DNA of 63,489 nt, counting the filler, from Octopus bimaculoides (taxonomy: Eukaryota), in NCBI RefSeq assembly GCF_001194135.2. It is 7 parts of 7 records of this genome, joined end to end, with 100 filler letters (N's around TTAATTAATTAA, not from the genome) between each part and the next. Parts side by side here need not be neighbours in the genome. Positions count along the whole stretch, not along the records: positions 39,849 to 54,403 come from NC_068981.1; positions 54,504 to 59,732 come from NC_068984.1; positions 59,833 to 63,489 come from NC_069006.1; 4 more parts are not named here. One strand, written 5' to 3'. The position numbers were made by a program, and so were the translations under genes. Below the pieces are notes generated by a model. The model saw only the letters and a program-made list of their open reading frames with translations, made no database searches and had not been told where the DNA came from. This document shows, one piece after another, positions 48,670-61,517 of this stretch (position 1 is its first letter; every line of letters starts with the position of its first letter).

Positions 48670-51600
48670 TTTAAAAAAAGGATTGACGTAACTCTTCACG
48701 AAGGTAAATAGTCAAGACGAAGAGTGCGATTCGATTGTATAGATGTTTTATTCTTTGAACAATATTTCGACAGAACGTCTGTTTTTCTCAAGTTCAAAAC
48801 AAAAGGTGATTGAAAATTCAAAATTTCAGAAACCAAACGTAAACTATGAACGAGAGTAACCAGCGTCCATACGTTGATGGAATGACATCATCAGTCTTTG
48901 TCAGTTTTTTAATAAGCAGAAAGAAAGAAAAAGGAAGACGACAGAAAAAGAAAAGAAAAAGAGAGAAAGAAGAATATTCAATCAAACAGTTTTGTATAAA
49001 TTTGATGATATTCTCCTGTCATCTTATTCATTCCTCCAGGGCGTGATGTTAATAACCCGCAAACATATTTCTCCTCATACATTCTGAGAAGTGAAAATGG
49101 GGTACATTCAAAATATTTTTTGAGAATGTGCACTTTCAAATCTTCTTCAAAATTGCAGCCGCTTGAAACGAAATGTTCAGCAAGTTCTGTTGAACTACTG
49201 TTCTTGTGTCTGACGTCGAATCTGTGCCCCTTAAACCTTTTGTTTAATTGTTCCGTTGTACAACCAACATAAATCAAGTTGTGCTTCGTGCATTCCGCAG
49301 CGTACACTAAATGGGAATCTTTGCAGGTTCCCCCTTCTGTATAAATCATAACATTTCTATTATGATTTTTGATGGTATTCACTTCATTCATGTTGTCGCA
49401 CAATGAACAGGGCTTACCTCTCTTGCGGCTGTTCTTTAAGGTACAGCGTGCAGATACTCCAATGTTCGTTTTCTTGGAGTCAGATATAGAGGTCAATAAT
49501 TCTTTTATGTTCTTATTCCGTCGAAAGGCTACAATGGGCGGCTGAGGAAATATCTGTTTGAAACTGGGATATTTTTTCGCCACATGTTGGTAACTTTCAT
49601 GCAACACTTTTTAAATGCCAGCGAAACGTCGGTGCCAGTTAATCACTAAAGGAATTCTGTAATCTGTTGTATTTTGTTTGCTAAGATTATGCGTGTAGGT
49701 TTGACTATCTTTTCTAATCTTAGCTATTTCATTTGCTATTTCCTTTAAACGTNNNNNNNNNNNNNNNNNNNNNNNNNNNNNNNNNNNNNNNNNNNNNNNN
49801 NNNNNNNNNNNNNNNNNNNNNNNNNNNNNNNNNNNNNNNNNNNNNNNNNNNNNNNNNNNNNNNNNNNNNNNNNNNNNNNNNNNNNNNNNNNNNNNNNNNN
49901 NNNNNNNNNNNNNNNNNNNNNNNNNNNNNNNNNNNNNNNNNNNNNNNNNNNNNNNNNNNNNNNNNNNNNNNNNNNNNNNNNNNNNNNNNNNNNNNNNNNN
50001 NNNNNNNNNNNNNNNNNNNNNNNNNNNNNNNNNNNNNNNNNNNNNNNNNNNNNNNNNNNNNNNNNNNNNNNNNNNNNNNNNNNNNNNNNNNNNNNNNNNN
50101 NNNNNNNNNNNNNNNNNNNNNNNNNNNNNNNNNNNNNNNNNNNNNNNNNNNNNNNNNNNNNNNNNNNNNNNNNNNNNNNNNNNNNNNNNNNNNNNNNNNN
50201 NNNNNNAATTGTTGGTGCTCGTATGGAAGCGCTAGCGTAACGAAAACAGCCGAAATGTTTGGTGTATCAAGAAGTACTGTCTCGAAAGTAATGACACCCT
50301 TTGAGAAAGAGGGAGAAACCACCTCGTCGAAACAAAACGCCGGAAGAAAATCAAAACTTTCAGATAGGGACCGTCGGACCCTTACGCAAATTGTTAGAAA
50401 GGATCACAAAAATACTGCTCCCAAAATTACTGCAGAGCTTAATGACCACCTCGAGAATCCAAGTTTCCACAAAAACTGTTCGCCGGGAGCTGCTCAAAGC
50501 TGGATTTCACGGGAGGGCTGCAATCAGAAATCTGATGCAATCAGAAATCTGATGCAATCAGAAATCTGATGCAATCAGCTGTGATTTGTGAACCATAACA
50601 TAGATATGTTGCACATGCGGGATGTTAACTGTTTCAACCCAGAAACGCATTCCTGTCATTTTTAATTACGCATTGACATTATTTTTATTACTTTTTATCA
50701 CATACTTCTATTTCGTATGACGTTATATTCTTTATGTGTTTCAGAATTGAATTACTACGTTATTTCTTTGAACAGGTGCATTTTTAATACCATACACCTT
50801 GATGCTTGCTATAGAAGGTATTCCGATATTTTTTTTGGAACTTGCATTAGGACAACGAATGCGGAAAGGGGCTATCGGTGCTTGGAATCAAATAAGTCCA
50901 TTCATGGGCGGTATTGGAATATGCTGTGCAATAGTTTCCTTCATCGTTGGACTCTATTATAACACGATCATTGCTTGGTGCCTTTACTATCTGGTCCTCA
51001 GTTTTAGAAGCAATTTACCATGGGAGAAATGCCCTACCGTACAAGTTGGAAAATACAAGAATGAAAGCCGTTTAGTTGAAGAATGCAGAGTAAGTTGCAT
51101 GAAAGATTCCATTGCTAATCATTTATAAACTTCGCTTTTAAGAAATTTTCATAATTATTTTCTATATAGTATTTACTTTTTTATGGAACCGTATTATTAG
51201 CACATATTATCTACTGGAAAATGTTGAACTGTTTTCATTCTATTCTTATATTTAGACGTTTGTGGGGATTTTTAAACAAAATTTCAAAACAAGCCTCAGT
51301 TCAAACCAAAAGGGGATATTCTACGTGCCCGATCATTCTATTAGAAATAACAAACTCTTTCACATGAAAACCTACAAACTTAAATAAAGAAGGATAAGTT
51401 AGGCTGTGTAGCCCGTGATATACAATAAGGTAACAAATGGTATACTTTTGACCTTAGATATCCTCAATGCGGACTGAAGAGGCTAAACAATAGCAACAAC
51501 AACAACAACAACAGCAACAACAACTCAACTACAGCAATAAGAAAAGCAACAGCAACTACCTTAGATCCCTGGTATAAATGTTTGATGGATCTAGAGTTCT

Positions 51601-53503
51601 TAAGTACCGTGAATAGTACATAGAGATTGCAGCCGGTATACTTTCTATTAGGCTACAAACAATAATTCAACTAGGATTTGAAGTTGTTATAGATAAGGTA
51701 ACAATTGACGATCCACTACATTATTATCCCGGGTTCCACACAAGTGTGAAATACACAGGTGATCAGTTTGAAAATTTCGTGAATGAAAGCAAAAATACAC
51801 CCTGAGAACACTAGTAGAGCCTGGTTCAAATAGATCACGTGGTCAAAACTATTGTAGATTAGAAGAAAATGTAGTTGAGATACCATGGTGTAAGGCGACA
51901 ACTCACTTTAGGCCTGTACTCACCGAAAAGGCGGTTGCTTCACTCAACTCATACCGTCTGAGTTTCATGAATTTATCTGGTTTTGGCTTAGAATGTTCAG
52001 ACGACAGGAAATTTTACTGAAAGAAAATCGTCCAACGACGACCGTTAGACAGTATTTTAAACTTCCTATCGATACAATATTTTGAACGTAGGCCAAGTTT
52101 GCGTTTTGATACATGAGAATGCTGGGTTGTACTGTTGAAAACGTTCCAGGTTATCGAAATAAATCTAAATAAGGAATTTGTATTTTCCTCTTCCTTGACC
52201 TACGGGAGTAGTGATGCTGAATTTAGTAGTTTCTGAAAGTGTTTGTGGTAAGTCCGTTGTAATTTTCTTTAATGTTGTCCAGGGTTGTTATAGATAGTCG
52301 TTATAATTCCTTTGGAAAGATAGAATCCCAAAGTGGGCAGCTGGATGAATTTTAACAGTTATAAGTAGGTGGTTTGATGAGTACCATGCAGCTGCGTAGA
52401 TGTGTATCTTTGAATGAAAAATTGAATTTGAGAAGCTTTTTATCCAAGCAAGATCTTAAAATTTTGTGCATTGAAAACTTATAGTATTAACGTGTTAGGG
52501 GGAAGTGTTACCTTATGAGAACTAAGAAATTTCTGGTTGTTTCTGGTAATTTTCGAACTGTGGTTTGAGGGGTTTATATCCGGTAAATATAAAATGTATA
52601 AAGTATATAAGCATTGCATTTTTTTTCTAGAGAAGCGGGCCTACAGCTTACTTCTGGTACCGAGAGACTCTAAATATCTCAGACTCGGTCGACAAATCTG
52701 GTGTGATGAGTTGGTGGATTTTGGTTTGTTTAGTTTTTGCATGGCTTTTGGTCTTCATTTGCATTGTCAAAGGAATTAAATCATCGGGAAAGGTAAGATG
52801 TAACTATTTTACTGTCTTATTTCCATATGCAGTTTCTTTTCTGTTCTTTTTTCCAAGTTTAAAAACATCGTAACTTAGTACAATTACCATGTATTGAGAA
52901 TTAAATTAACCACAAGGAGTAAAATGTATAGCAACTGAACCGCAACAATGCATAGTCGATGCATTTTTGTAAGGAAATCGAAACATAATGATGGACCTGG
53001 ATTCTAACGCGCTTATCTGTTATCACTATGTTTATCTACAATAGTATTATTTGTGCATATTTACAGAGAAAACTGTCAATATAACCAGTTCTAATACACA
53101 AAATCGGAGCAACAACACTAGAAGCTAGTTAATGATAATACAAGGCAGACCTCTTTGAAGAATATTTTATCAATATTTATTTTTATTACAGTTTTATGTA
53201 TTAAAAATGATTGCGAGTAATCATGATGAGACTAAGTAAATAAAACCTGTAAAACACATCATAAAAATACAATCATAACCTATATAATATTCATAATTAT
53301 TTTTAATGAAAAGCAGTATATCATGATATCAACTTTATGTTCATATTTTATTAGTAGTTATTAATGAGCTATAACGTTTATTTATCTCCTAGGTTGTCTA
53401 CGTAACTGCCATCTTTCCGTACATAGTTCTTATAATTTTTTTCTTCCGAGGAGTAACTCTTCCTGGTTTCCAGAATGGTCTCTACCACTTATTTGTCCCA
53501 GAG
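47502..53503 (+). CDS. SLC6: SLC6 (neurotransmitter:sodium symporter) family transporter, B0AT/SLC6A15-20-like nutrient amino-acid branch; 5' part only, join(47502..47871,50776..51089,52631..52792,53393..53503)
   Basis: The spliced frame is continuous across three GT-AG introns with matching phases (1,0,0). Hallmark motifs: [43 protein letters not shown] (TM1-2), [37 protein letters not shown] (TM3), [46 protein letters not shown]. No TM6 exon was found downstream. Subfamily assignment is by motif resemblance, not tested orthology. Confidence 0.95.
48385..48580 (+). mobile_element. mariner-like 5' end (TIR and leader) in SLC6 intron
   Basis: ta|tacgaggtctaatcaataag resembles mariner TIRs; ends shortly after an ATG ACA GAG start-like sequence. 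Confidence 0.5.
48670..49752 (-). mobile_element. Penelope-like retroelement 3' portion with GIY-YIG endonuclease, antisense within SLC6 intron
   Basis: ORF 49607-48978: [18 protein letters not shown] zinc motif, [28 protein letters not shown] (GIY-YIG), LAEHF. The frame continues upstream to the gap after one TAA; the 3' end abuts (AAT)n. Confidence 0.88.
48753..48799 (-). ncRNA. Hammerhead-like motif (U3-A8 core variant) at the 3' end of a Penelope element
   Basis: Minus strand: ttttgaac-UUGAGAA-aa-acaga/cgu/ucugu-c-GAAA-UA-UU-gttcaaag; 8-bp helix I, palindromic AAUAUU helix III region, AATAAA shortly after. Confidence 0.5.
50208..50530 (+). mobile_element. Tc1-family transposase N-terminal (HTH) remnant in SLC6 intron
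   Basis: [72 protein letters not shown]. Confidence 0.88.
50519..50578 (+). repeat. 17-bp tandem repeat (tgcaatcagaaatctga x3.5) at the Tc1 truncation point
   Basis: Read directly; each unit contains the inverted repeat atcaga/tctgat. Confidence 0.9.
50776..51089 (+). CDS. SLC6: SLC6 second coding exon (TM2-TM3, start of EL2)
   Basis: tttctttgaacag|GTGCATTT acceptor; translates [27 protein letters not shown]...EECR; donor AGA|gtaagt at 51090. Confidence 0.95.
51700..52480 (-). mobile_element. Highly degenerate Penelope-like ORF remnant in SLC6 intron
   Basis: Minus frame [23 protein letters not shown] resembles the N-terminal region of PLE ORFs; many stops and frameshifts. Confidence 0.35.
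52631..52792 (+). CDS. SLC6: SLC6 third coding exon (EL2-TM4)
   Basis: ttttttctag|AGA AGC GGG; [54 protein letters not shown]; donor AAG|gtaag. 162 nt, phase 0-0. Not in the ORF track in this frame. Confidence 0.93.
53393..53503 (+). CDS. SLC6: SLC6 fourth coding exon (TM5)
   Basis: tttatctcctag|GTT GTC TAC; [37 protein letters not shown]; donor GAG|gtaagt. 111 nt. Confidence 0.93.
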
Positions 53504-54974
53504 GTAAGTTGGTGTTATTGTATTATTGTCTCCATACACATTCTATCTATCTGTCTATCTATCTGTCTATCTATCTGTCTATCTCTCTCTCCCTCTCCCT
53601 CTCTCTCTCTCCCCCTCTCTCTCTCTCTCTCTCTCTCNNNNNNNNNNNNNNNNNNNNNNNNNNNNNNNNNNNNNNNNNNNNNNNNNNNNNNNNNNNNNNN
53701 NNNNNNNNNNNNNNNNNNNNNNNNNNNNNNNNNNNNNNNNNNNNNNNNNNNNNNNNNNNNNNNNNNNNNNNNNNNNNNNNNNNNNNNNNNNNNNNNNNNN
53801 NNNNNNNNNNNNNNNNNNNNNNNNNNNNNNNNNNNNNNNNNNNNNNNNNNNNNNNNNNNNNNNNNNNNNNNNNNNNNNNNNNNNNNNNNNNNNNNNNNNN
53901 NNNNNNNNNNNNNNNNNNNNNNNNNNNNNNNNNNNNNNNNNNNNNNNNNNNNNNNNNNNNNNNNNNNNNNNNNNNNNNNNNNNNNNNNNNNNNNNNNNNN
54001 NNNNNNNNNNNNNNNNNNNNNNAATTGGGTTCATAGCTGGTTAGCTCTTTTCAATGATAAGTTTATTTTTAGCCTTTTAAAGGAATGGTAAAAGCAGGTG
54101 TGATTGTTTTGAAGAAGTTGTTTTTCGAAAAGAATCTTTGGTGTCATTGTCTAGTAGGAGAGCGTGGGTGCATTTTTGTGTGTGTATGTGTGTGTATGTG
54201 TGCGTGTGTGTCTGTGTGCGTGCGTGTGTGTGTGCCTGTGTATTTGAAAAGTGTGTCAGTGGGAAGAGGAGGGAAGAGGAAGATTCTGTTTACAGTTTAC
54301 AGTTGGTCAGTTCCTGCTGTGACAAGTTTATTCTTGGCCTTTTAAAAAAAAAAAAAGAAGAGGCAAAATCAGATGGTATTCTTTGGTATCATTGTCCAGT
54401 GGTNNNNNNNNNNNNNNNNNNNNNNNNNNNNNNNNNNNNNNNNNNNNTTAATTAATTAANNNNNNNNNNNNNNNNNNNNNNNNNNNNNNNNNNNNNNNNN
54501 NNNATATATATATATATATATATATATACAGACATATATATATGTATATGGTTATGTGCGTGTATATGTATATGTATATATATTGTGTATATATATGAGT
54601 GTGTGAGTGTGTGTGTGTGTGTGTGTGTTTGTGTTTGTGTTTGTGCATGCAGACATATGTACGTATATGCACACAGATACACAGACGCACACATACACAT
54701 GCACACACAAATACGCACACATAGATTTACTCGTGCGTGTAGTTACGTTTATTATATGTGTGTCCGTTTAGTGACATTTTTATTATGAAACTCCTGGAAT
54801 GCGAACAAAACTTTGGAAAAACAAGGAATTAATTTAGTATAAGAAGAAAAAAAGAAGCAAAAACACCACAAAATATATCAAATATAATTTGGAAGAAAAG
54901 GAAAAGAAAGCGGAACAGGAAGATTATGTGGTGTTTTTGAGCTAAAAATGTTTTCTGAAGTCAAGTAATATATT

Positions 54975-55402
54975 CTTTTACTACTCTAGGAACAAAGCCA
55001 GAAAGTTTTGAGGAGGGGGCCAGTGGATTAGATCGACTCCAGTACGCAACTGGTACTTAATTTATCGACTCCGAAAGGATGAAAGGCAAAGTTGACTTAG
55101 GCGGAAGTCGAACTCAGAACGTAAAGACAAATGAAATACTGGCCAAGTATTTCTCCCGGAGTGCTAACGTTTCTGCCAACTCGCCGCCTTACTCAAGTTA
55201 TATATTAATAACATAATGGTTGCATATTTACTGCTTTGTTTTGGTGTTCTACATATTGCTATTAATGTCCCCCTCCTCNNNNNNNNNNNNNNNNNNNNNN
55301 NNNNNNNNNNNNNNNNNNNNNNNNNNNNNNNNNNNNNNNNNNNNNNNNNNNNNNNNNNNNNNNNNNNNNNNNNNNNNNNNNNNNNNNNNNNNNNNNNNNN
55401 NN

Positions 55403-55454
<52 letters not shown>

Positions 55455-56815
55455 TCAAGCGGCGAGCTGGCAAAATCGTTACAGCATCGGAAAAAAAAAT
55501 GCTACGTCTCTTTATCGTCGTCGTAGTTCCCCTCAAAGGATAAATAAATAAAATAAAATAAATTATCATCATCATAATCATCATCATCATCATCATCATC
55601 ACCAACAACAACAACATTACCATTCATGGCTTGATTAAGTTGATTTTGGGAAACATGCATAAAAATATGGTCAAGGTTAATAAATACTGCGTGAAAATGT
55701 CTCAGTAATATTTACAGATCCGCGCAGTACTACGTCCTGTAAAGTGTTTCTGTCTATCTTCATATGGAATTTGTCAATGATTTTATAGTTTTTTGATGCA
55801 TCATTCTATTTGTGTCAGAAATAATTCAGTAATGCTTTAGTAAGTAAGGCATTAACTAAAAGCTAAGGCATAGCTTTTCGTCTCGCTTCTGCACAAACAT
55901 GATGGTAGGCTCACTCACTCACTTGGTTTAACACACATCCACTATCTGACACCACTATGTTGCAAGCACCAGGAGCAGGTCTTTGGTTTGACAATGTCCC
56001 TCTCCCTCTCTCTAGCCAGTGCCGAATTTCCTCCAAAAGGTCATGGGCTCGACTTTCTCTTCCGACTAAAAGAGGAAACAGTAAGATTATAGTCATTTGG
56101 TATTACTGTGTCGATGATTATTTTTGTGCTGGAAATTATGTGATGCTTATAATATGTCTGTCTATATGCTAAAGCTTCATAGCATTGTCGCTGGCATTTT
56201 CTAAGCAGAGATGTTTTATATGTGTATCACAGACTTATTCTATTAAGCAGTTGAAATTGGGTGGCTTGGTGCATGTGGGACAGTTTTGCTGCTACCTTAT
56301 TCTATACCAAATACATTTCGTCTGAGTTAATGTAGAATATCCTGATACGACGTGCTGTATCTTTTCAGAAAATGCATTACCAAGGCGACATTTGCCACTT
56401 ATTTTGTAGGATCTTCTTTGTCATAAATTTAGTAGTGATTATGTATTCCTGTATACTGTTGCTTACAATGTTTTCATTTTAGCGGAGATCTAATTATTGC
56501 TATCTTTGCGATCTGAGTTAAGATCCCATCGAGGTACTTTTGCCTTTCATCCTTTCGTAGTCAATGAAATAAAGTACCAAGTAAAAACCGAGGTCTATAT
56601 AATCTTTTCTACTACAGGCACAAGGCCTGAAATTTTGGAGGAAGGGGCAAGTCAATTACATCGACCCCAGTACTCAACGGGTACTTAATTTATCGACTCC
56701 GAAAGGATGAAAGGCAAAGTCAACCTCGGTGGAATTTGAACTCAGAACGGAGCGGCAGACGAAATACTGCTAAGCATTTCGCCCGACGTGCTAACGATTC
56801 TGCCAGATCGCCGCG
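54975..56815. mobile_element. SINE family A copies (54975-55190 -, 55455 + partial, 56490 + partial, 56603-56815 -)
   Basis: Family-A consensus motifs. Confidence 0.75.
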
Positions 56816-58499
56816 TTTGAGGACTATATAATCGACTAACTTACTCCCCACAAAACTGCAGGCCTTGTGCCTTTCAGAAATATATCGAGTTTCAGTTCTC
56901 GATACAAAAAACTAGTACAAATCTATTGAAAACACAGCTAAAGGTATTTAAGATTAACAATGATGCTTAAGACAACGCCCAGGTTTATCAAATTTAGCAA
57001 AACGACTGTTAAGAATTTCGTTAAAGTGGATCAAATGCAGGAATCAATTCTTTTATTGCCACAGTGGTTGAAAAATTCCAAACATTTTCTAACGAAGACT
57101 GGAAGAACAATATCTTCAAGCAAACCACAACAGATCTAGTAGAACACACCGAAATTGTACCCTGTTTAGATGTACCGGACTGAAATGTAGGGGAGCAGGT
57201 GACACAAAACCAGACTGAGGAATAATTCAAACTAATCTGAAGCACCAAAATCTACGTCACTTCTAGGTGCCGGCTCTTTATAAGAGAGGCGAATTTCCTA
57301 GGAGCCAAGGAAGCATTCTGTAACACGCTTAAAATGTGACAAACTGATTTCCTGATTTAGTACGTCTGGAAAGTAGTAGAAATAAAGTGATCGATTAGCC
57401 ATCTTAAACAGATATCTGCTTGATAGTAGTGGCCATTTTGCTCGATGCCAAAGAGAGAAGAAAGCGAACATGTTGCGAGTTTACAGGCTTCAGAAAAAAA
57501 ATCGATCGGATAGAGATTTAAGCAGGCGAAGAAAGCACGAAAACTATTTTAGACTTGATCAATCAGTCTTGTGGCATGCGACTGTTTGTGACGGTTGGCT
57601 CTTGAAAGTCCATGTGTCACTTATGCGATGACACAAACCAGCTAAGAGCTGATTGCCCACAACAAAAAAGGACAGAAGAAAGCCCCTCGCTGCTGCTGAC
57701 GCTATTACCACAACAGCAACATCAGCACCAAAAGCAGCAGCAACATTATTATCCAACCACAACAGTTCGGATTGCAACAAAGCTGAATTGTCAAACACAC
57801 CAGTAAAACATACATTGCCAGCAGAATTTGTAACAACACCAGCAGCAACAGGAACAACATCGTTAACATCAGCAATAGAACACCAAACACCCTACACAAC
57901 ATTACAATACCGTCACCACCCTTCAAATCACTCACATGTGCTATGCAGTGAGGAAGGCAAAGGGGAACAACGGAGAACTGTCCCCATAAGAAACGAATGA
58001 AAAATGTGTCCTTGCTAGCAATTAATATTTACGTACACGCAGCTAGAAAGTGGTGCTGATGGAAGCGCAATGAGTCTTGAAATATGCATATACACCATTA
58101 CCTATTTTTTCTATCTTCTATAGCACTGTTTACATATACGTATTCGTATACGAAAGGTCGTAACTTTCATTACTGGCTCATTACTATAGAAAATCTGTAG
58201 CGATAAACTTAAAAATGAGGACCATCGCTCTGCTAACACAAAAGTAAGGCACAAGCTTATAAACCTGTAATATACTTTGTAGTGTATTATTGTTGCAAAA
58301 CGAAATACTGCGTCCGTGCTTGGGATGTGGGGAGGTAATGGCTGGAATGTCATTGATTATAGACCCCCGCTTGATCAGCTCTGACCTGGGGGGGGGGGGG
58401 CTAAGCTAATAATAACAATAATCACTTAAGCTGAGAGAAACAGCAGCCAAACAAAATTCCTACAAATACTCAGCTTAAAAAAATTATATGAATTGTAGA

Positions 58500-58823
58500 G
58501 ATAAAAACGTGCTTTTAAATTAGTGGCGCCAGGGCCAAATTGGGGTTAAATAACGACCAGCATAATAATACAATTAACGAAATCGCCAACGATAACGACA
58601 ACAATACCAACAACAACATCAACACAACAATAAATATTAACACCAACAGCAACCACCCAGATGATAACAGTAACAACAACAGTAGCAACAACAACGATTA
58701 TACAGCCACGAATACCACCAAACAGTATTACCACCATGACCACGGTTAATACTACCGAGAGCACCACACCCAAGACTATCATCGTCATCGTCATCATGAT
58801 TGTCATCATCATCATCATCATCA

Positions 58824-58854
<31 letters not shown>

Positions 58855-58968
58855 TGTCATCGTCATCATCATTATCATCATTGTCATCGTCGTCATCATC
58901 ATCACCACCACCACCACCACCACCACCACCACCNNNNNNNNNNCATCATCATCACCACCACCACCACC

Positions 58969-59039
<71 letters not shown>

Positions 59040-59700
59040 TATCATCATCATCATCAACAACAACAACATCATCAACATAACAACAAGACATTCGTTTACA
59101 ATAAGCAACATGGCTGAATGTGTCTTCTGAACAAACCGTCTGAATTCAGGGTGAAAAATAAGCGCAAATGGAAAACTCTTAGTAATGAAGAGATGGTGAG
59201 GCGTGGTGTGAGGTGAAATGTGGGATGTTGGGGAGAGAAGGAAAGAGGGGGAGAGAGAGGGAGAGAGAGAGCAGAGTGGGTTGAAGGATGAGGAGGTGAT
59301 ACGAAGACAGAAGTGCGACATATTGGAATACAGAAATTGAAATGGAAGACGAAGAGAAAGGCGGAATAGTAGTAGTTGTAGTAGCAGTAGTAACAGCAGC
59401 AGCAGCAGCAGCCGCAGTAGTCGTAGTAGTAGTAGTAGTTGTAGTGGTGGTGGTAGCAGTAGTAGTAGTAGTTGTTGTTGTTGTTGGGGTGGTGGTATAG
59501 TAATTGTAGTGATGATGCTGGTGGAAGAGTGGTTGTGGTTCTAGTTGTGATGGTCGTGAAACCATTAATAGATGGTGTAGTAGAGATTGTGGTAGCAGTG
59601 GTGTTGGTGATTGTGGTGGTAGTGGTTGGTGATATAGGTTGGCTATGCTTGTTATGGTGGTGGTGGTTTTGGGGGATGGTGATGTCCAGATGATAAAAAA
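58500..59700. repeat. Mosaic trinucleotide microsatellites (AAC/ATC/GTC/ACC, then GTA/GCA/GTG)
   Basis: Direct reading; source of spurious poly-H/S/T/D ORFs. Confidence 0.95.
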
Positions 59701-60556
59701 TGATAGAGGTATGATTAAGGGTAGTGGTGATGNNNNNNNNNNNNNNNNNNNNNNNNNNNNNNNNNNNNNNNNNNNNTTAATTAATTAANNNNNNNNNNNN
59801 NNNNNNNNNNNNNNNNNNNNNNNNNNNNNNNNTATATATATATATATATCAAACGCAATTTCGCGCCTTCAACGATAATATTAATGCCTCTAGTGACGCC
59901 GGCAGCAACCAGGCGGGAGTAATATTATCGTTGTAAAATGTATATATGTATGTATTTATGTATTTATGTATATATGTATATATGTATACATGTGTGTGTG
60001 TGTATTTGTCTTTGCACTCAACGTACGCATGATATTCGGTGTTGGTTTGTTTACGTCCCTGTAACCTAGTTTTTCAGCAAAAGAGACTGATAGAATAACG
60101 ACCAGATCTTTTATTTTTTGTAAATAATAACTACTGATGCCGATTTTGTTCGCTTAAAACCCTTCAAGGCGGTGCCCCAGCATGGCCGCAGTCCAATGAG
60201 GACAACAAATATTAAAAAAAAATAAAAGATGAACGACACAGAGAAGACGAAGTTTATTGTTTGGCGAACTCTAATCTCGTTAACGACTCTTTTCAGACAT
60301 TTTGACACGTTGTTAAATATTTGATCTGGAATTAAGCAATTAAAGATATTTTTGGTGGAGGAAGGATGGGGAAGGGGGTGGAAATGAGGCGGGGACGGGG
60401 GCCTGGGTGGAATCGTTGCCAAGTTGTTATTGTTGTCGTCGTTGTTTGTTGTTTGTTGTTGGTTCGGTTGTTTCTTGTTTGTTGTTTGATGTATTTTGCC
60501 GACGTTGGTGTTTTTTAATGCAACAACGAGGACTGATCGATAGAAACACAGAAGAA

Positions 60557-60587
<31 letters not shown>

Positions 60588-61359
60588 GATATTCACAGGC
60601 ACACAAACACACATAAACGTAAAGATGAACAAACATGCAGACATTCTCTTACACACATTCACACGCACACACACACAAACACACACGCGCACACACACAC
60701 TCAAAGAAAATATATCTTCACACAGGTATCCACATATATACACAAGCGCGCATGAAAACATACACACACACACACACACACAATGCACACATACACACGC
60801 AATACACACACTACACACACACAATACGCAAGCACACTCTACACACACACAATGCACACACACACAATGCACACACAGACACACACTACAAGCGCGCGCA
60901 CTACACACACTACACACACACACACACACACACGCACTACACACACACGCACACACACACATACACACACACACACACACACAATGTCAAAGCGAAAACA
61001 TTACCAAATGACGCCTTACCAGGTGTGAAAGCCTGTGACACTTTCCAAGTGTCATGGCGGCCGTGAAACTAACGGTTGCCGTCACCATACAGACAAGGAG
61101 AGCTTCCATTAACCTGTTCAATTAACCAAACAAAACAGACACAATTAATTGTTGTTATTCTTGTTGTTGTTGTTGTTTATTGTTATTATTCTTGTTGGTT
61201 CTGTTAATAATTATGTTGCAGCAGCTGCTGTTGTTGTTATTATTGGTTTCAAACTTGGGAAAGAGGCTAAGTCGATTAAATCGATACCTTAAGGATGAAA
61301 GGCAAATTCGACCCCGATGGAATATAACTCAGAACATAAAGACGGTCGTGCTCTGGTTA

Positions 61360-61404
61360 TTGTTATTGTTGTTGTTGTTGTTGTTGTTCTTCTTCTTCTT
61401 CTTC

Positions 61405-61460
<56 letters not shown>

Positions 61461-61485
61461 GTTGTTGTTGTTGCTGCTGCTGTTG

Positions 61486-61517
<32 letters not shown>

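Noticed and set aside
57559-58000. Gln/Thr/Ala-rich ORFs as a possible exon
   Set aside because: Degenerate CAG/CAA triplet sequence open on both strands, with no SLC6 similarity or clear splice sites.
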